Assembly: GCA_026393865.1 (NCBI GenBank)
Contig: JAPKZI010000234.1
Coordinates: forward strand, 288-64,287
Direction: 5' to 3'
Length of the DNA stretch: 64,000 bases
From: Candidatus Aminicenantes bacterium
Lineage (GTDB): Bacteria; Acidobacteriota; Aminicenantia; Aminicenantales; UBA4085
The position numbers and the translations under genes were made by a program. The stretch's first letter is position 1; every line of letters begins with the position of its first letter. Positions 60,265 to 64,000 of the stretch are shown in pieces. The notes beneath the pieces are model-generated. The model did not search any database. It saw only the letters and a list, made by a program, of their open reading frames with translations, and had not been told where the DNA came from.

Positions 60265-62345
60265 AAAAGATCGACCCCGGCCTCAAAAAAATCCTGCAGG
60301 ACTTCTCTAAAAGCTACCGGGCCAAGCGGCGGATCGTTCTTGAAGGATATGACTTCGAGGACCTGCGGACGGCGCTTGCGGAACTGAAAGACCGCTCGCT
60401 CGACCAAAATGCCGAACTTCTCGACCGGTTCGCGGACCGGGCCCGTGCCCACGGGGGGATCGTCCTCCGCGCGCGGGACGGCGGCGAGGCAAACGCCATG
60501 GTCTTCAAGATCTGCCGGGACCACGGCGTCCGGACAATGGTCAAGAGCAAGTCCATGGTCAGCGAGGAGACCGGTCTGAACGGCTTCCTCGCCGGCCATG
60601 GCATCGAGGCGCGGGAGACCGACCTCGGCGAATGGATCGTCCAGCTCGCCGCCGAGCGGCCGACGCACATGGTCATGCCGGCCATTCACCTGACCCGGCG
60701 CGACGTGGCTGCGCTTTTTATGGCGAGGACCGGCCGGCCCGTCCCTGACGACATCCCCGCGCTCGTCCGCATCGCCCGCGCCGAAATCCGCAAGGAGATC
60801 TTCGCCGCCCAGGCCGGCCTGACCGGGGCGAACGCCCTCATCGCCGAGAACGGGGTGATCATGCTGGTGACCAACGAGGGCAACGGGCGGCTGGTGACAT
60901 CCATCCCGCCGGTCCACATCGTCCTGGCCAGCATCGAAAAGGTCCTGCCGACCGTCGTCGATGCGCTGACCCTTCTCCGGCTCCTGCCGCGGAACGCCAC
61001 CGGCCAGACGATCACGAGCTATGTCTCGTTCATCGCCGGGCCGCACCGCGGTCCGCAATACGTCATCCTCCTCGATAATCACCGCTCGGAGATGCTGGCC
61101 GATCCGCGGTTCCGCGAGGCTCTGCGCTGTGTCAAATGCTCGGCCTGCCTCAACGTCTGTCCCGTCTATCAGATCATCGGCGGCGAGGAATATTCGCACA
61201 TTTACATGGGTGGCATCGGGACGCTGTTCACGGCCTGGATCCATGGACTTAAAGCCTCCCGGGACCTGGCCAAGGTCTGCCTGCGCTGCCACCGCTGCGA
61301 AGACTACTGCGCGACGAAGATCCCGATCGCCGACCTGATTACGGCGTTGGCCGGGCGGATTCGGGACAAAGGCGGGGCGCCGCTCTGGAAACGTTTCGCC
61401 TTCGACGGAGTGATGGCCAGCCCGCGGCTCCAGCGGACCGCTTTCAAAGCGGCCCGGTCGGCCCGGAAGATTATTTCCAAGAAGGACGGATTTTCGCGGA
61501 ACCTTCCGGCCCGGATGAAGAAATACGACCGCTTTCGGGCCCTGCCCGCGCCGGCGGCCGCGGCCTTCTCGAAGCTGTTCAAGGCGGAGTTTGGGGCGCG
61601 GCGGGCGGCGGCGAAGCCGGCCAAAGGACCGGTGACGATCTTCGGCGGCTGCCTGGTCGAGCATTTTTATCCCGAGATCGGCCTGGCCGCGGGGCGCGTT
61701 CTGTCGAAGCTCGGCTATGAGGTGAGGATCGCGCCCGGGATGTGCTGCGGATTTCCGCCCTCGAACGCGGGTTTCGAAAAAGCGGCCGGCGAGGCCTTCG
61801 CCGCGCTGGTGAAGAAGATCAAGATCGCCGGGCCGCTCATCACCGTTTGTCCGACCTGCACGACCATGCTGGCGAAGCGCGGGGCGGAGATCGCCGGTTC
61901 CGAGAAGGCGAAAGACCTGGCCGCGCGGGTCGTTCCGTTCAGCCGGTTCGTGGCCGAGAACGAGATGGATTCGCTCGCCCGGCTCTTGACGAAGGAGCGG
62001 CCGGCGCTCTCGGCGACCTATCATGACTCCTGCCATCACAAGAACCTGCTCAAGGCCGAACGGGCTTCGCGAACGCTCGTCGAAGCCGCGACGCGGAGCG
62101 GGATCCGGGAGATGGACGAGCCGGACGTCTGCTGCGGGTTCGCCGGGACCTTCAGCCTCGACAATCCCGAGATCTCGGCCGAGCTTCTCGCCGACAAGCT
62201 CGGCGCGATCGAACGGACCGGCGCCGACGTCGTGGCGATGGACTGCCCCGGGTGTCTTCTTCAGATCCGCGGGGGTTATCAGCGGAAAGGCCTGGCCGTC
62301 CGGTCCGCTCACACGGCCGAGCTTTTGGACGAAGCCATGGAATAA
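60261..62345 (+). CDS. LutB-LutA fusion: LUD domain + 2x[4Fe-4S] + two CCG cysteine-rich domains
   Basis: The start is trimmed to MKKIDPGLKK (ATGA overlap). The LutB part has CVKCSACLNVCPVY and CLRCHRCEDYCATKIP. The LutA part has two CCG motifs (PGMCCGFP and PDVCCGFAG) with CPTC/CPGC partners. Confidence 0.85.
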   Translation: MKKIDPGLKKILQDFSKSYRAKRRIVLEGYDFEDLRTALAELKDRSLDQNAELLDRFADRARAHGGIVLRARDGGEANAMVFKICRDHGVRTMVKSKSMVSEETGLNGFLAGHGIEARETDLGEWIVQLAAERPTHMVMPAIHLTRRDVAALFMARTGRPVPDDIPALVRIARAEIRKEIFAAQAGLTGANALIAENGVIMLVTNEGNGRLVTSIPPVHIVLASIEKVLPTVVDALTLLRLLPRNATGQTITSYVSFIAGPHRGPQYVILLDNHRSEMLADPRFREALRCVKCSACLNVCPVYQIIGGEEYSHIYMGGIGTLFTAWIHGLKASRDLAKVCLRCHRCEDYCATKIPIADLITALAGRIRDKGGAPLWKRFAFDGVMASPRLQRTAFKAARSARKIISKKDGFSRNLPARMKKYDRFRALPAPAAAAFSKLFKAEFGARRAAAKPAKGPVTIFGGCLVEHFYPEIGLAAGRVLSKLGYEVRIAPGMCCGFPPSNAGFEKAAGEAFAALVKKIKIAGPLITVCPTCTTMLAKRGAEIAGSEKAKDLAARVVPFSRFVAENEMDSLARLLTKERPALSATYHDSCHHKNLLKAERASRTLVEAATRSGIREMDEPDVCCGFAGTFSLDNPEISAELLADKLGAIERTGADVVAMDCPGCLLQIRGGYQRKGLAVRSAHTAELLDEAME

Positions 62346-62348
62346 TCA

Positions 62349-62492
62349 GGTCCATATTCCGAATTGCGCAGGGATCATTTAACATTATATGATTAGCGGC
62401 GGTTCAATATATCGGGTACACATACCGAATTGCAAATGAGTATTATAAGCTTGTGCGAATATTAATCGGCGTGTAATTCGGTATGTGTACCC
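62349..62492. repeat. Three copies of a ~20-nt motif (CAyATwCCGAATTrC), two forming a 21-bp inverted repeat
   Basis: ggtccatattccgaattgcgca lies at 62349-62370. gggtacacataccgaattgca (62414-62434) is the reverse complement of tgtaattcggtatgtgtaccc (62472-62492) with one mismatch. The loop is 37 nt and AT-rich. Confidence 0.6.
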
Positions 62493-62514
62493 TATTTATT
62501 GTAAGGAGGTCCGT

Positions 62515-64000
62515 ATGGAAAAAAAGATCGTGGCGGCCTTGGTTTTGATGGCTCTGCTCGTGCTTCCCGCCTGCAAGAAGGCTGAAAACATCGTTTACCC
62601 CGTGACCGCGAAAGGCGCTCAGGTCGACGACTATTTCGGAATGAAGGTCGCCGATCCCTACCGCTGGCTGGAGGACGACAAGTCGGCCGAGACGGCCAAA
62701 TGGGTCGAAGCGCAGAACGCCGTGACCTTCGGCTATCTCCAGAAGATCCCTTATCGCGATAAGATCAAAAAACGCCTGACCGATATCTTCAACTATCCCC
62801 GCTATTCCTCGCCCTTCCGCGTCGGCGAATATTATCTCTTTTCCAAGAACGACGGGCTGCAGAACCAGGCCGTGATCTATATCCAGAAGGGGCTGGAGGG
62901 GCCGCCCGAAGTCCTGATCGATCCCAACCAGCTCTCGCCCGACGGCACGATCCGGATCGGGCTGATCGGTTTCTCGGGCGACAAGAAGTACGCGGCCATT
63001 TCGCGGAGCGAGTCCGGCTCGGACTGGTCCGAGATCCGCGTCCTCGAGCTCTCCGCGAAAAAGGAGTTGCCCGACCGCATCCAGTGGAACAAGTTCTCGG
63101 GCGCGGCCTGGAAAGGGAACGGATTCTATTACAGCGGCTACGACAAGCCGGCTCCCGGTACCGAGCTGACCGCCAAGAATGAGTTTCAAAAGGTTTTCTA
63201 CCACAAGCTGGGCGATCCGCAGGACAAGGACGCGCTCGTGTATGAGGACAAGAAGAATCCGCTGCTCTATTTCGGATTGGGCGTCAGCGAGGACGAGAGG
63301 TTCGCCTTCCTCAGCGTCTCTAAGGGGACGTCCGGGACCGAGCTTTATTATAAGGATCTGGCCAAACCGGCTATGGCTTTCGCGCCCCTGATCCAGGGAT
63401 TCGACTTCGACAGCGCGGCGATCGACAATGTCGGGGACAAATTCCTCGTCTACACCAACGTCTACGCGCCCAATTTCAAGGTCGTCCTCATCGACCCGAA
63501 AAAACCGGCCAAGGAAAACTGGACGACGGTCATCGCCGAGAAACCGGAAGTCCTGAGCTCGGCCAACACGGCCGGCGGGCGGCTGTTCGCCGGCTATCTC
63601 AAGGACGCCAACACCAAGGTCTATCAGCACGACCTCGACGGCAAGCTCGACCGGGAGATCGCCCTTCCGGCGCTGGGGACCGCGAGCGGGTTCGGCGGCT
63701 GGAAGGACGACAAGGTCCTTTTCTTCACGTTCACATCGTTCACCTTCCCGCCGACGATCTATAAGTATGATATCGCCGCCGGCGCGTCCGAGATCTTCCG
63801 CAAGGCCGAGGTGAAGTTCAATCCTGAGGACTATGAGGTCAAACAGGTCTTTTTCGAGAGCAAGGACAAGACCAAGGTCCCGATGTTCATCGTTCATAAG
63901 AAGGGGTTGGCCCTCGACGGCGGGAATCCCTGCTTTTTGACGTCTTACGGCGGCTTCAACATCAGCCTCCAGCCGGCCTTCAGCCCGGCGTCCATCGTTC
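62515..64000 (+). CDS. Prolyl oligopeptidase (S9A) lipoprotein, N-terminal part (runs off the window)
   Basis: The frame is open from ATG 62515 (GGAGG RBS) to the window end. It begins MEKKIVAALVLMALLVLPAC (lipobox), followed by VDDYFGMKVADPYRWLEDD..TAKWVEAQN, the hallmark N-terminus of prolyl endopeptidases. It is missing from the track because no stop lies within the window. Confidence 0.85.
   Translation, partial: MEKKIVAALVLMALLVLPACKKAENIVYPVTAKGAQVDDYFGMKVADPYRWLEDDKSAETAKWVEAQNAVTFGYLQKIPYRDKIKKRLTDIFNYPRYSSPFRVGEYYLFSKNDGLQNQAVIYIQKGLEGPPEVLIDPNQLSPDGTIRIGLIGFSGDKKYAAISRSESGSDWSEIRVLELSAKKELPDRIQWNKFSGAAWKGNGFYYSGYDKPAPGTELTAKNEFQKVFYHKLGDPQDKDALVYEDKKNPLLYFGLGVSEDERFAFLSVSKGTSGTELYYKDLAKPAMAFAPLIQGFDFDSAAIDNVGDKFLVYTNVYAPNFKVVLIDPKKPAKENWTTVIAEKPEVLSSANTAGGRLFAGYLKDANTKVYQHDLDGKLDREIALPALGTASGFGGWKDDKVLFFTFTSFTFPPTIYKYDIAAGASEIFRKAEVKFNPEDYEVKQVFFESKDKTKVPMFIVHKKGLALDGGNPCFLTSYGGFNISLQPAFSPASIV

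Noticed and set aside
62349-62492. Interpretation of the inverted repeats as an IS element or MITE insertion.
   Set aside because: There is no transposase in or near the element, and I could not identify flanking direct target-site duplications. Only one locus is visible. It is reported as a repeat or regulatory candidate instead.

Overview
A GC-rich, gene-dense 64-kb chromosomal window from a diderm, apparently anaerobic bacterium; the phylum cannot be assigned by eye. I saw no rRNA, tRNA, CRISPR array, transposase or prophage. Gene calls rest on the supplied ORF track plus my own reading of motifs. No searches were run, so family names are motif-level recognitions, not database hits.

Gene content by coordinate:
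- 0.1-15 kb (minus strand): housekeeping genes: APC permease, PpiD, HIT, HU/IHF, rpsA, ispH, an M14-like peptidase, a non-canonical DctM/TRAP-like transporter set, ggt, scpAB, trpS and an M50 protease.
- 15-28 kb (minus strand), the most unusual region: glnA, then a six-gene translationally coupled signalling cassette built around an [FeFe]-hydrogenase-like sensor protein. This is followed by a HydABC-style NuoE/Fdx/NuoF/NuoG(N) operon in which the hydrogenase domain is replaced by glutamate-synthase modules (GltD fused to NuoF, plus a separate GltB FMN-domain protein).
- 28-32 kb: lrp/asnC, AdoMet decarboxylase, and an M1 peptidase behind a sigma54-type promoter.
- 32-42 kb: a kdpFABC operon placed behind a sigma54 enhancer-binding response regulator and a 4HB-HAMP-PAS kinase. 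It ends in a kinase-less KdpD(N)-Usp protein fused to a PTS-Ntr EIIA domain.
- 42-55 kb: a PDZ-multiTM-GAF-PAS kinase with a sigma54 regulator, next to a pilin-less PilC-PilB-PilMNOP-secretin cluster. The secretin carries N-terminal TPR and a C-terminal cohesin-like domain.
- 55-64 kb: NTPase-MoaD fusion, tungsten-type aldehyde:ferredoxin oxidoreductase, a tandem class II aldolase, LutC, a LutB-LutA fusion, and a partial prolyl oligopeptidase.

Several intergenic promoters, hairpins and repeats are also reported. The many long antisense ORFs in the track are GC-driven shadow ORFs and were rejected.
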